Positions 1 to 12,500 of a stretch of 64,000 bases of DNA are shown here, in pieces. The stretch lies in assembly GCA_964187785.1 (NCBI GenBank), contig OZ076409.1, positions 35,156,001 through 35,220,000 of the forward strand, in the 5' to 3' direction. Within the stretch, counting starts at the first letter, position 1. Every line of letters starts with the position of its first letter. The notes below the pieces were generated by a model that worked only from the letters and a program-made list of their open reading frames with translations, was not told the origin of the DNA and made no database searches. The stretch comes from Amphiscolops sp. MND2022 (Eukaryota). Position numbers and translations under genes: made by a program.

Positions 1-2375
1 AAGCATTGCAGATTAAAGCTATCCAAAATCTTCGGTTTTGTTCAAATAGAGAGTTTTTTCCAAAAAAGTTTTTTCCAAAAACGAGAAACACACATTTCAT
101 TGAAAATTTCAGTATTTTCGTATGCCATAACGACTGTTTCTCTCACTTTTAAATTTTTTTTGGTAATTCATTGAACTTAACGTTGGTGAATTGTGAAATG
201 TCGAGAGATCACTGAGATTTTCAATGCAAACGTGTTGAATTTTTTGTGTTAAGCCTTCATGCGTTGAGTTTTCACGTGTTGTGTAACGTCTTTCCAATAT
301 GCAGAAATGCTCGAAAGTTGAAATGTTGCCGTTAATGATGACCGTGGCAGTCCAAACACCTGTCCCGACAATTCCAACGGACAAAACAACACGAAATACC
401 GTGGCTGACGCGACTAACAAAGACAAACAAGCCAGAAAGCAAATCGCACAAGATTCATTAGCGAAGTTATAATTACGATGAAACGGAGAACTGATTGAAA
501 CGCGCGTACCTCTTAGCTTGTTTCTACTTTTTGTAATAAACTCTTAATTGAGTCGTTTCGTTTAATTCTGCATACGGGGCTTCTGACCTCTTTCTTGCCG
601 CTGTAATATGCCAATTATCTTGTAATTTGCCGTATTTTTGCATTGTCTTAACTTTTGAGCTACTAATTCTTGTTTTATTATCTTACCTGCGATCGGAAAA
701 AATTCACTGGTTAGCACCAACTCATACGTTGTTAAGGGATCACTAAACGATGCTCGTCATTGATAGCAATTCCAGACTGGGATAGGTCGGCAAGTGCTCG
801 AAAGAATCGGGACTTCTTCCCTTACGGCACATGTTTTACCTTGGGAGGCAATATGCACATGCCCATTCCATAGGTTCCTCCACTTCTATTGATGAAAGAA
901 GCAACGGTTACAGCTTGTCGTTACAATGAACTTTTTGTGTTGAGTTTCCAAGTAATCTCTGATGATTTTGCTTCATGTACTTTTGTCAGCTAACATGAAA
1001 TTTAGCAACTACTTTGATAGATAATGATTCGAACTATAGCCCAGTTTGCAAAAGTGTCCTTTCACAAAATATACAAAAATACGCAAGATATGTCGAGTAA
1101 CTCTCCTCCCAGTACTAAAAAAAGTTGCCAAATAGCTGAAAGTACAATGGAGCTCCTAATTTCAAGTTAGTCGTTAAGCTCTGTTCGAAATGCTTGTTCG
1201 ATAGTCAATGACAAATTGATAGGCACAAGGGACTATTTGCCATTCTCTTGAAAGGATCAAAAGTTCTTTCATGTATGAATAGGAACTTGGGAAAGATAGC
1301 GCAATTGCTCCAGGAGCGCGCTTAAGTAGAAATAGGCATCTTTAAAGCCATCCAGCACTTCTTACGGAAAGTTACTCGTTTTCATTTATCTCATTTTCTC
1401 GTGAAAAGAAAAGAAACGAATGAATCGGGCCTTTTTTTGAATCTAATTGATTCTGGGTCTCAAAAAAGGAAAAATGCAGATGTTTGTTTACGCTTAGGGC
1501 TAAATTCTTATTATGAACACGTACGTCAAAATTCTTCTTCCTGTCGTTTTCATCTTACCCCAAAAATCATTGCGCCAAATGACCGAAAATTTTGTTCAGA
1601 AAACTTATTTATCAAATTGATTTATTTCTACTTGAGTTAGCAAGATGAATTATTTTATTCAAATGTGCCTAACCTGAATTCCGCCTTGATGAAAATATGT
1701 TTTTCGGATTTTTTCTTTCTTCTCCATGTTTGCCTGTGTTACCTTTGGGAGCGAAATTAATCATAAATTTTGACTGGAAATATTAAAAATAGAGCCAAGG
1801 GGAAGCCAGTATATTGGAAAGGAAAAAGATAAGAAAAGTTACTTTGTAGGATTTCACCTTTACATACCTCATACGCTACAGGTATTGTAATATACAATTC
1901 TGTAGTTACAGTGTTTTTGTTTAGCACTACCTGTAATTACTTTGCCCTGACTCCCTGTGGAGACGTGAAAAATAGACGAGAAAAAAGGGGAATTGTGGGA
2001 TCTAGTATTTGTTTGGCAACTGTAGTGTTTCTCCCGTGGTATTATTCTGGTATTGCTGCTCTCCAAACGTGGTATTGTATTTAATCTGTTATGTGTTTAT
2101 GACAACAGTGCGTACATGATTACATTAAAGCCTCTGCTGTTCCGCCCGTTTTGCACCCCTAAGTATTCCACCGCCACCGTCATCCCGCCCATAGCCCCTC
2201 AGCCTGGCCCACCGCCAGTATGAAGCAGTGGGAAGAAGAGTGAGCATCGGACTTCAGACCCTTGTGTGTGTCCATCAATAACTGACATTGCTTCCTCAAT
2301 AATTCCTACCACCCCCGCCACAGCTCAGGGTCCTCTTCATCTCTGCATAGCTCCTCTTCTCCTCCGCAACCCCCC

Positions 2376-2396
2376 CTCTCTCTCTCTCTCTCTCTC
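2376..2396. repeat. (CT)n microsatellite
   Basis: About 10 CT units. Confidence 0.9.
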
Positions 2397-4099
2397 CGCC
2401 TCACATTCCAACAACACGCCATACCATTTTGACTTATCATTTTTTATCTCATTTTTCCGTTTTTTACATAACCCAACATTACTTGTGAAATTCTTCCATC
2501 GTCCGGAACTAATCGTTTCTCCACCAGTAATAAGATTTACAAATACTGTTAACTTTTTAACTTTAGCGTCTTCGACTAAATGGAAACAGCTCGTATAGTA
2601 AGTTACCTTCGGCTTCTTTGTAGTAAATGATGTTATATTTGCTTGGTTTGACAACAATGTGGTTAAACTTTTCCAAAAACAGTAAAATTTGTTATTTCGC
2701 TTTTGCCCTTTTCTTGCTACCACTTCCGTTTTCAAGTGTACTAGAAATATTCAAAAAAATCTTTGAAATTTTTTCAATGTTGAAACTTATCATGATTTGA
2801 TAGAGCTCGTGTTGTGATTTTTCCGTAACCCAAGAAAATAAAAGCTCGTTGCAACTGCACCGTTTTCTCCAACCATTTCTTTTCTTCAAGTCGAAGAATT
2901 GAGAATGGCGGATCTAAAGGCCTATTCATTCAGTTGCTTCAAATATCAGGACGTAGGCGGCTTTGGACTCGAATCTTGCCAACAACAAATATTCTAATCG
3001 TTTCAAAAACTTTATTAACGCGTTCAACGTGATATAAATCAAAAATATAACATTCGAATAACATGTTTTTTCTCAAAAAAAAAGTTGGAGTATAACGTGG
3101 TTCGGCTCTCCCAAAAAATGGATTTCATGAATGACAGCTCTCTCCCCCAAGTTGTACCTCCTGAAGTGCAGGCCCGCATAAAACAACCGGTTTTGTCTAA
3201 TTATCCGATACGCTATAAAGTATTTCATGTCATATCTAAAAAAAGTGTTCTAACTATCCATACTACGGTTTTAAGCCGAAAATTAGGTGTGAATTGACTA
3301 TTATTTGATCCTTTTTGTTCCCTATTTATCTTGTCTTGTTTAAATGACTCAATTGACTCTTGATTGTATTTGTCACCTCATGAAGTAAAGGACCCCCAAC
3401 TTGCACCTTCTGAAGATCAGGCCTCCAAGCATACTTCGGGACCACTAGCTCTCATAAGATCCCATTCGACAACTATTGTATTAAAGTCGATTATTACTTT
3501 CAAGTTTGAAACGTTTTAGTTTTTTTACTTTTTGCGACAATGAGTGACAAAATATACATATAACTGTTATTTTTGAACCTCAATCTACTTTTTTGTATCA
3601 TGTGGTTTTGGTGTTGTTGTGCAAACGACGACAAAGGCTTTCCCATTTGACTTTTTAGTTGCTGCGACACAAAAAAATTGTAGTTTCTCAAAACATTGTA
3701 GTAAACTATTCAAGGTCGACAAACGATTTATAACGCGTTCGAAAGAAGACAATCAGGGTTTTCAAATTGATTTTTGAGCTTACTTTTAAAATTGATTTTC
3801 GCTGCTGCGCTGAAACTTTGCACGCATTGTGTCTCTGACTGCATTTCAGCATGTTCCAGAACCTGCTAGCGCCACTTTGACCCAGTCTTGATACCAGTGG
3901 GGTAAAGTGGCCACAAACGAAAACTGGAAAAACGGAAAATCTGCGCTCAATTATTTCTTGATTGTTTGGTCCTGTTTTTTGTTAAATTCCGAAGACATCA
4001 AGTCAAAATTTCGTGAAAAGGCGTGCAATGCTATGTAATGTTGTCTGAAAATCTTATTCAAGGGTTTTCTTTACCATGCAGTCAGCTGGTGCCTTCAGA

Positions 4100-4312
4100 A
4101 AATTACAGACACTCACTGTTACGAAATGTTCAAAAAAATCCCAGAGTACACCTTTTAGATTTTTTGGCACTGTGTGACTTGCCGGAGACTTGAAAAAATC
4201 GAATTTTTTTTCTCATTCGGGTACTGTAGAAAAGAATACTTGACACTTTGCAGTCCTTTTGCTATTTTTGAGTCTTAGATATGGCACCGACTTGGGCCGT
4301 TTCCGGCTTGTT
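4100..4312. mobile_element. Family H fragment (hairpin end only)
   Basis: ...GATATGGCACCGACTTGGGCCGTTTCCGGCTTGTT. Confidence 0.6.
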
Positions 4313-6589
4313 AGCATTTCCATAGCCTATATTTATTAATTTGTGCTTTTTGCTTGTGTTGCTTGCCAAATTCAGAGCGGAAAATCCTATTTAAAAGTTG
4401 TCCTTGATTTCACTGTGCTTCAAGAATAAGGCGTATGCGCAGAATATTCGCTAATATGCAATAATTTTCGTAGCTCGCTCCAATGTGAGACACACGATAA
4501 AACAGTAGGGTCAAAAAAATTACGCACATGTATTTTATATGTCTGTCAAGTTTTAGCTTTAGCTTTGTGTTCGTGCTGTTGTTTGCAGTTCTACTTTCTC
4601 AGTTTGATCATACTCTCAAAACCTTTTCTACATTTATCAAATAAAATGGTCTAAGAAACAATAAACATAACCCTAACGTCCTCCGCTTAACCTATGCCAA
4701 AACAATTTGGAAACATTTTTATTTACCTCCAAATACTGGAGAACCTAAGAGTATTGATTGACTGTTTAGATCTTCAAATTGCTAGCCATTGCAAATTATC
4801 CTCAGGAAAAAGGTTTGAATTATCTCTCAGCCGCTTTTGTCACAAAACGAGGGCAAACAAGTTGGTTCTGACAGAATTGTCAGACCTAGCGAATAAAGTT
4901 CGAAATTGAATACTAACCTTTGAACGAGTTTCTGCTAATATCAAAAATTAAAATTGGATTAAAAATTTTTATATTAGAAAGCAACGCACCGTTGTAGAAG
5001 GTATTGAATAAAATTAGACTTCATGAAGAGTTATCGTCAATGGTAAAAACTCTTTTCAGGAAAGTTTATAACCATAAATTGGTTGTTTCAATCTGACTGA
5101 TCTGTTCAAACGTTGTGTGACAATGAGTTTTAACCGTGGCGTCTCGTGTTTACCGCCTCGGTCGGAAGAAATTGATACGCACGAACTTTTTATAGCCTAC
5201 TGTATAAAGCAATTTCTTGCACAGCCAAAAAAATCATTCAGTATCCAGTTGCGTATGTACCATATTGTAATAAATGAATTGGACCTCTGATTGTAAAAAA
5301 TGATTTGGACTCGATTAAAGGAGGCCAAAATCTTCTGAACGAAAAAATATTTTGGTAAACTGTAAATCTAAAACTTTATTAAATTTTAACGTTGATTACA
5401 AACATTTTCGTTTGAAAATTCTGAGATCAATATACAAAAACTTAGAAGCTATACATTTTACTAGTGATTTCGTTTCTAACCTATTTTAGTTCAAATTTCG
5501 AAAGCCTTGAGTGTAGAAAAAAATTCATTTTCAATCTTTCAGACGCTTTTTCAACAAAAGTTTCCACTAAAAGAATTTTTATTGCAAAATTTTGAAAATA
5601 AACCTTCTTGAACAGGACATTTCAGAGAAAGAAACTTGAATGCAATGTATTAAGATAGGGCGTAAAATTATTTTTTAAAGAACCCTTATGTAATTACATT
5701 GTATAGTTTTCTTCAAGTTTTCTGTAAACAAAACATATTATCGTCATTAGTGGATGGATTATAGTCTCTGTCAATATTCCAAAATTGCACCAATGCGTCT
5801 GTGAGACGCCTAATTTTGGAAAAGTTTGCTCCTAGATCGAAATTTAGTAGTAAATACAAGTTATTGAAAGTGATATTACAAAGCTCCAAAATTGTTCGCA
5901 AAACTGATTCTGAAGTGTTTTTACAAATTTAATAATATTTGATTGATCGTTTTTTGATTACCTTGAAAGTCACTCGGGTTTCGAGCTAATTTATTTTCAG
6001 TCCAAATCATTTTTTACAATCAGGGGTCCAATTCATTTCTTACAGTATGGTAGGTGGGTGTACATCTAATTTCAAATGAAAAGCTATCAAAAATTGAGTT
6101 CTAAATCTGTAAAATGTTCGTTAAAATCAAAATGTGTTCATAAATTTCTTCAATTGTAAGGTTTAGGAAACCTCCCAAATGTAACTCGTCAACTCGTCCG
6201 CGAAATGAAACGTAATTTAGTACATCGCGCGAAATTTAAGTCATGCCTTATAATAAAAGGAACACTGTAGCTGCTTATGTAGCTGTCATACTTACGTTTC
6301 ACCTCTACACTGTAAATGTTGTAATGAACCCAAGGTTCTATATGTTGTAAGGTTCTATAGTTGTAAAATATATTTTTGTCGGCGCGTTTTATTTGTAAAA
6401 AATGTAAAACTAAAAGTGGCAGGTTTTTCCTTCTTATCGCCGGTCACTCTGAAGCATCCACTTTCATTAGTTTTGTATGGCTTTTTGATCTAGTAGTTGA
6501 AGCGTATTTCCAGACCTGGTTACAGGGCCTGAGACACAGAAGTACGCGCGTTCGAGTGTCGTACAAAACCAAATATTTGATGCTTCCAA

Positions 6590-7240
6590 AGGTAGAGGCA
6601 CATACCCCTTTGTGTTTTTTTTGCGAGCATTAAGGTTTTTCGCATCATAAACTTTTTCGAAACAAAATGTTTCCGATTTTTTTCCACGCACACTATTTTA
6701 GTTTTTTGAGGTTGTCTTTTGAGGAAAACCGTTTTCCGAGTCTTAAGGGTGACCGCTTTGGTTTTTTGTTCCTTTGGCCTTGATGAGAGTTTTCTCGATA
6801 ATAGCGGAAAAGACCTACGTTTTTCTGCACTATGGGTCTTTTCTCGAAAAAGTTTTTATTTGGTCAAAGTGTATCCCTTCACTTTTTCGGCTCGAAAAAG
6901 TGTTTGCCGAAGTTCAAGGGCCTCTTTTTGGGTTTTTCTTGGAAAAAAATTCATTTGATCAAAGGTTACTCCCTTCACTTTCGTAAATGTTTTCGGCATG
7001 GAAAAAGCGTTTCGTGAGCCCAAGGCTCCTTTTTCGGCACTGAGATTTTTTCCGAAGAGAATAATTTTTCGAAAAAAATTTTTTCAAAAAGTTCGTTTTG
7101 ATGTTTCCACTTGGGGAAAAAGAGGTTCTGGAATCTTAGGGTATCCTTTCGGGTAATTTTTGGCACAGTAATTGGAATTTTCACAATAATGTCCCTTCGC
7201 ATTTTCAAAGCACTTGCCATTTTCGAACCTTGAGCAGGGC
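6590..7240. mobile_element. Family H-related fragment
   Basis: Reverse complement resembles 62860-63300 (GAACCTTGAGC, CGGCTCGAAAAAGTGTTT, TTTCCACTTGGGGAAAAAG). Confidence 0.55.
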
Positions 7241-9255
7241 TTCATATTCATCCAGATGTTGAATTATTTTGTGAAAGCATCTCAACCTCTGCGTAGAAAA
7301 CAACAAAAGCTGCAAATTCCTGAAAAAGTTTTGGATCGTAAACTTACGTCAAGGTTGACCTGTCATAAATAAAGTGATTTTCAGTAGTGATTTATATCAT
7401 TTCATTGCATTAATGCCAGTAATTTTTGATGGTAGGTAGTCAAGGTCTATAATTTTCACTGCCTTCCAATTCGCACAAATCCCATAGATGGCTTCCCGGT
7501 GAGAATTTCATTCTATGGTCATCGAAATGATGGAATTCTATTCAGTACGTACAGCTATTTTCAAGTATCTTAGTTCAACATTCTATTGTAATCTGTAATT
7601 TTCTAGTTTCTTTGAGAGCAATTTTTTGCGGGGAAAATAAGATTTCGCGGGACATGAGACCAATTCACGTTATCTGACGGCCTCCCAAATTGCTGCAGAG
7701 AAAGAGGCTTAGCAACTTGAGAAGTTATCAATCGATTTTCACGTTTACGTCAACGCTATCAAAAGGGAGAGATGAAAATACGTCCGAAATATATTTCTAG
7801 TCACGTAGAAAAAAGCAGGAAACAAAAATGGGAATGGAAATAGAAGATAACTTAAAAGCCGCATCTTTGTCTTGCCAGTTTCTCACCCTAACAATCAGAT
7901 GGCTTTGAATTTTGGTCTGTTTACTTTTCATCTTCGTTATTCATTTGAGCGGTCTAGGATAGAGTTTGGTCACATTTGTAGTCTCAATTTATCAAACGGG
8001 AAACGCCTTAGCAAACATTCCCTCTGGTTACTTTCCATGTTTTAGCCAGTATTCACAAAAATAATAAATGGGCTTTTCCCTTTTCTCATTAACTCGATTC
8101 GAGTGTGATTGTGCTGTGATTTCGAAATATCCTTTAAAATTCTTTTGTTACCATCGAATGCTATCAAATCGAAGAGTTAAACTAATTTGGCCGAAATTTC
8201 ACGGTATCTTAAAATATACATTTTTGATCTCTATACTTCTCTTTTAATCATCACGATTCCTTCCTCTTTTGCTTTGCGGTAATCGGAAATGTAACTGAAC
8301 TAAAAAAGAACCACAGAAGCTTTAAAAAAGCTCTTCATATCCTGTTCAAGTCAATAAGTCATTAACTGAAAAAAAAACGGAAAGTATTTTAAAAAGATTT
8401 ACTACTACTCCTCAAAAAGGGAGTTCCCTGTTGGTAATTATAAGAAACCAAACCATGTGAATGTCAAGAATGCTCTGCCAAACTAATGACTACTTCTTTT
8501 AAAAGTGTCAGAGTAAATTGATGTATTAGTCAAGTGATAAATTGGCTCATCCATTTGGTAGTAATAACCAACCTCATCTCATCATTTGCCAAAGAAAGTC
8601 AAAAATACTTTAACTTGCCCGGGCGGTAATTTCTTTATCTACCCCCATAGACTTACAACTTGCTCTGACAGACCCCTGCTCTGAGCTTGGAAAAGCTGCT
8701 TCTTCTTCTTCTGCCATGACAGCATCCACTGGAAAAGATAGACGGGCAACTACCCGCCCAAGCGGGAAATTGGATTGCGTGTGTACGGCTTGGAGACTAA
8801 CACCACCAACCAATCGCAGCTGACTTGGCGTGATCAAGAGTGTCAAGTTTAATCAGGAAACGGCGTTTGTTAATTTGCAGTAGCATCAACATCTCATTAA
8901 AAACTGTCTCCTCGCTACCGGCTCGTCTTTCCCCGACTTGAAATCGATCGAAAATTGATCCCTTCCAAATTCAAACATTCCGTACTTCCCATCACATACT
9001 TTCCAATCCATTGTTTTCACCACACCAATTACCGCCAATTTCAGCCGCTTTTTCCACACCCAAAAATCAAATTCCCATCTCCCTGTCACTGATTTTTCCG
9101 CACAACTTTTACCCCGACGCCACAATTAAGTGTTGCACCTCCCTTGATCTTATCCATTTATTTTAAATTTATTCACACAAACTTACATTATTCTTGTAAT
9201 TTACATTGCACAGAATTGGAATTACTAGATCAAATATTTATACTTACAAGCTGCC

Positions 9256-9533
9256 ATGAGTTCGTTTTTTGCCACTTTCCACTCGGCCTCTGAGTCATCG
9301 GTTGTCAAATCTGATCACGAGCTGGATCTGGCACCGAGTCCAACGTCCAGACTATCGTTCCAAGAAGATGCATCCTTTTTCCTGGAAGTTGAGAAACCTG
9401 CGCGTCTGTACCGCAAGTATTCCCAGGAAACCCTCATGTCCGACCGTGCCAGACTGTACCGCAGAAATATCAACTGTCTGGACTTGCCACAGAATAACCT
9501 AGTTTCTTCTTCGTCCAGAACTACTGGCAGCAG
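9256..9533 (+). CDS. CaM-like gene, putative coding exon 1 (Ser-rich N-terminal extension MSSFFATFH...TTGS)
   Basis: GCC-ATG context and GC-richer codon-like composition. Donor CAG|GTCAAC at 9534 is phase 2 and matches the next exon. Confidence 0.6.
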
Positions 9534-12500
9534 GTCAACCGAAACCGGATTCAGTTTATGTGAAAAATTGCAATTCATAAAAGTGCTATAATGTTATTTT
9601 TACATCAAAAGACGATTGCTGAGAAAAACCAACAAATATTTGCACGGTTTTGCCATTGTCGCGGCAAAATTACAAGCCGGGAACGGCCCAAGTGAACGCC
9701 CCGCTCAAGGTTCAAAAAGGGCAAAGTTTTGTAAGTATGCAAAAAGACACTATTGTGAAAATTTTTTATCAAATTCACATTGCCGAAAAATATCCAGAGG
9801 GATATCCATAAGACTCAAAAACCACTTTTTCGCTAACTGGAAACATCAACATTTTTTGATGAAATTTTTGAGAAAATGATTTTTGTTGGGAAAAGTCTCA
9901 TAGTTCCCAAAAAGGAGCTTTAAGCTCGCAAAATATTTTTTTTCAAGCTGAAAACTTTCATAAAAGTGAAGGTTACCCTTCGACCAAATGAATGTTCTTC
10001 GGAAAAAAGTCGCGCTGTGCCCAAAGAAACTCTTTCGTCTCTCCTCTACTTTTGCAAGCATAGAAACTTTTAGTTCCAAAGTAAGATTGGAGAACTCACT
10101 GAAAGAAACTCGCGTTAACCTATAACTTAGTAGGCATGGCATCTGATTTGCATATTATCAATATGAACTGCTTATTATCAACAGAAATGCTTATTGAAAT
10201 GTGTCAGTTCGCTGGTTTGAAAACAAAAGCACTACTAGAGTCTAAAAGTTTTGTTCACACTACGAAACCGCCAACTAAAAATGACTGAAAGTTGAATACC
10301 TTGTGTCACAAGAATAATCCCAATTAACTTGGTCAGATGTGTTTTCTCCGAACTTTTGCAAGAGCAGAATTTCCAGGAATAAACACCACCCTTGTACATT
10401 AATAGCACCAAAAAGTGAAACGTGTCTTTGAAGTTGTGTGTATCAGTTTTACATAACTAAGTCCGGCTATCGGTTGTGTAGGTCAGGGCTGAGTGGAAAC
10501 TCCGGCAACATTTTGCCATCCAGCAAATCAAACCTGGTGACGTCAATGGTCGACGTAGTCGAAGAGGCCCAGAGGTTCGGGTCACTCTCAGACCTCACTC
10601 AGAGTCTTAACATGAAGGTTTTCAATTACTCGTTCAGTTTCATCTTGTTTTCAACATATATTTTTGTTTCCCTTTCTTCAACTGGTTAGCTTGCGAAGCT
10701 TGTGAGCTTTTCCGGAGAATTGAGAAGTTCCAGCGATGATATTAAAATTTTAACTCCCAATATTTTTTATAAAGATTTCACGTTGTAATTTTTTAGAGAA
10801 CTTCGTACAATAAATATTTACATGAGCAACATATGAAAGAAAATTGAATTGACGTGTTGTTCTTTATCGGACATTTAGAAAATGTAAAATCAGCTCATCT
10901 TTCACTTGAATTTTCGTGGCATGTGAGCTTTCTAGTGTTGATTCAACTAAAACTTAATCAATGGCCGTTTTGTTTTTCCTTGCGGTATTATTCATGACTT
11001 TGTTTATGCAAACTGCAGAAACTAAGATGCTTTTTATACTGGTTATCGTTCAACCTTTTGTTTATTGACTTCTCTTTTCATTGATTTTTCCAGCAATTTA
11101 AGATTAATGATAAGTAAATTTCGCGATAATCGATTTTGCATTCATTATGAACGTGTGTGAATTAGATACAATGGAGGTTGAAAGCAAAAATCATGGGAAA
11201 TGTTTGGGGGAAATCAATAAAAAGCCAGCTTCAGATTGAGTATTATATGATGTAATCGCTGCAAGTGTGATTTTCAGTATTACGTCACCATATTCGAGCA
11301 CTTTTACTGCAATAATTGTGTGACCTCCTTAATATTTCAATGGTAAGTACTATGCCATTTCTTCCATTGAAAGTAGAATTGAACTGGCGCTACAATGAAA
11401 TGAAGGTGGTACTAAAGGGGTGGTACCAAAACAACGATGAAAATAATTTGAAAGGTACTTTTCTGGGAAAAAAAGTTATCAGTTTGAAAAAAAAACAAAT
11501 TACTGGAATTACCAGGAAACACTTGGAAACAGGGATGGTCAAAAATTGATTGCAAGTTTTGCGATCAATTAGTTTTGCAATCAATTAATGCGTTGACAAA
11601 AAATTAATTTTAATTGTAATACTCTGCAATCAATAATTGGAATTAATTGCAATTAATTGCAAAAATCTTAACTCAAACACTATGAATAACACTATGAATA
11701 AAAAAGTTCTGAAAAGCTTAATTCAAAACAACATCAGAATTACCAACATCGGAAACTAGTGTTTCGTCCCAAATTTTTTTGGTTATTTTGAGGAACAATT
11801 GAATTTCGAGATTCTGAGGTAGCAGTCGCTGGCGTAGATCCGAAAATGCAAATTAGGCGGTACTGGAAAACCTCACCAACAAATTGGATGTAGGCAGCAG
11901 AAATTCAGTTGCCGCCCTAGTTGAGACTGCTGGAACTTTTTACATGCTGCAGGCCTGCATGCAGGGTAATTTTTTATAAAACCTAGAAAATTCAGTAAGG
12001 TTCCGGTGGTAAATCTTGTAGAATTACACTGCATTTTCCACTACTGCAATTAAATTTGAAAATATTTCCCACTTCTTTTACGGACACGATCACGTTGTAT
12101 TCACACACTGATTTCTCAAATACTCATTTGATTTAATCACCGCTTCTGAAATAGGACGCTGAAGATGACGCTAGTTTGCGGTTTACATTGTGAATGAAGT
12201 TAATTTGCTTTGAAATGGCGGCAAAATTGTTGACGTCTCAGCTGCATTTAAAATTAGAACTGATGCACTGGGGTGTGGAACCGTACGGGTTGAATTGAAA
12301 TTAAGGTTTACGGGTTATCGTCTACGGTTTACGGTTTCAGGGTACGGTTTGAAAAACACTTTTGCTTCAGAAGTATTTAAATTTCTTCATCAAAAATCTT
12401 ATGTTATCAAAACACTCATGTTTCTTGCCCCAAAATAGCATTTGAGGGAACGCCCTCTGCAAATTATAGCGTATAAATCAAAGCGTTTGAACGAATTCGT

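Noticed and set aside
109..472. ORF 109-426 (-) with a Rossmann-like VGIVGTG motif, and a possible + strand terminal exon 305-472
   Set aside because: The - ORF starts at TTG and similarity does not extend past the motif. The + frame has an acceptor and stop but no recognisable domain. Neither can be supported without the upstream window.
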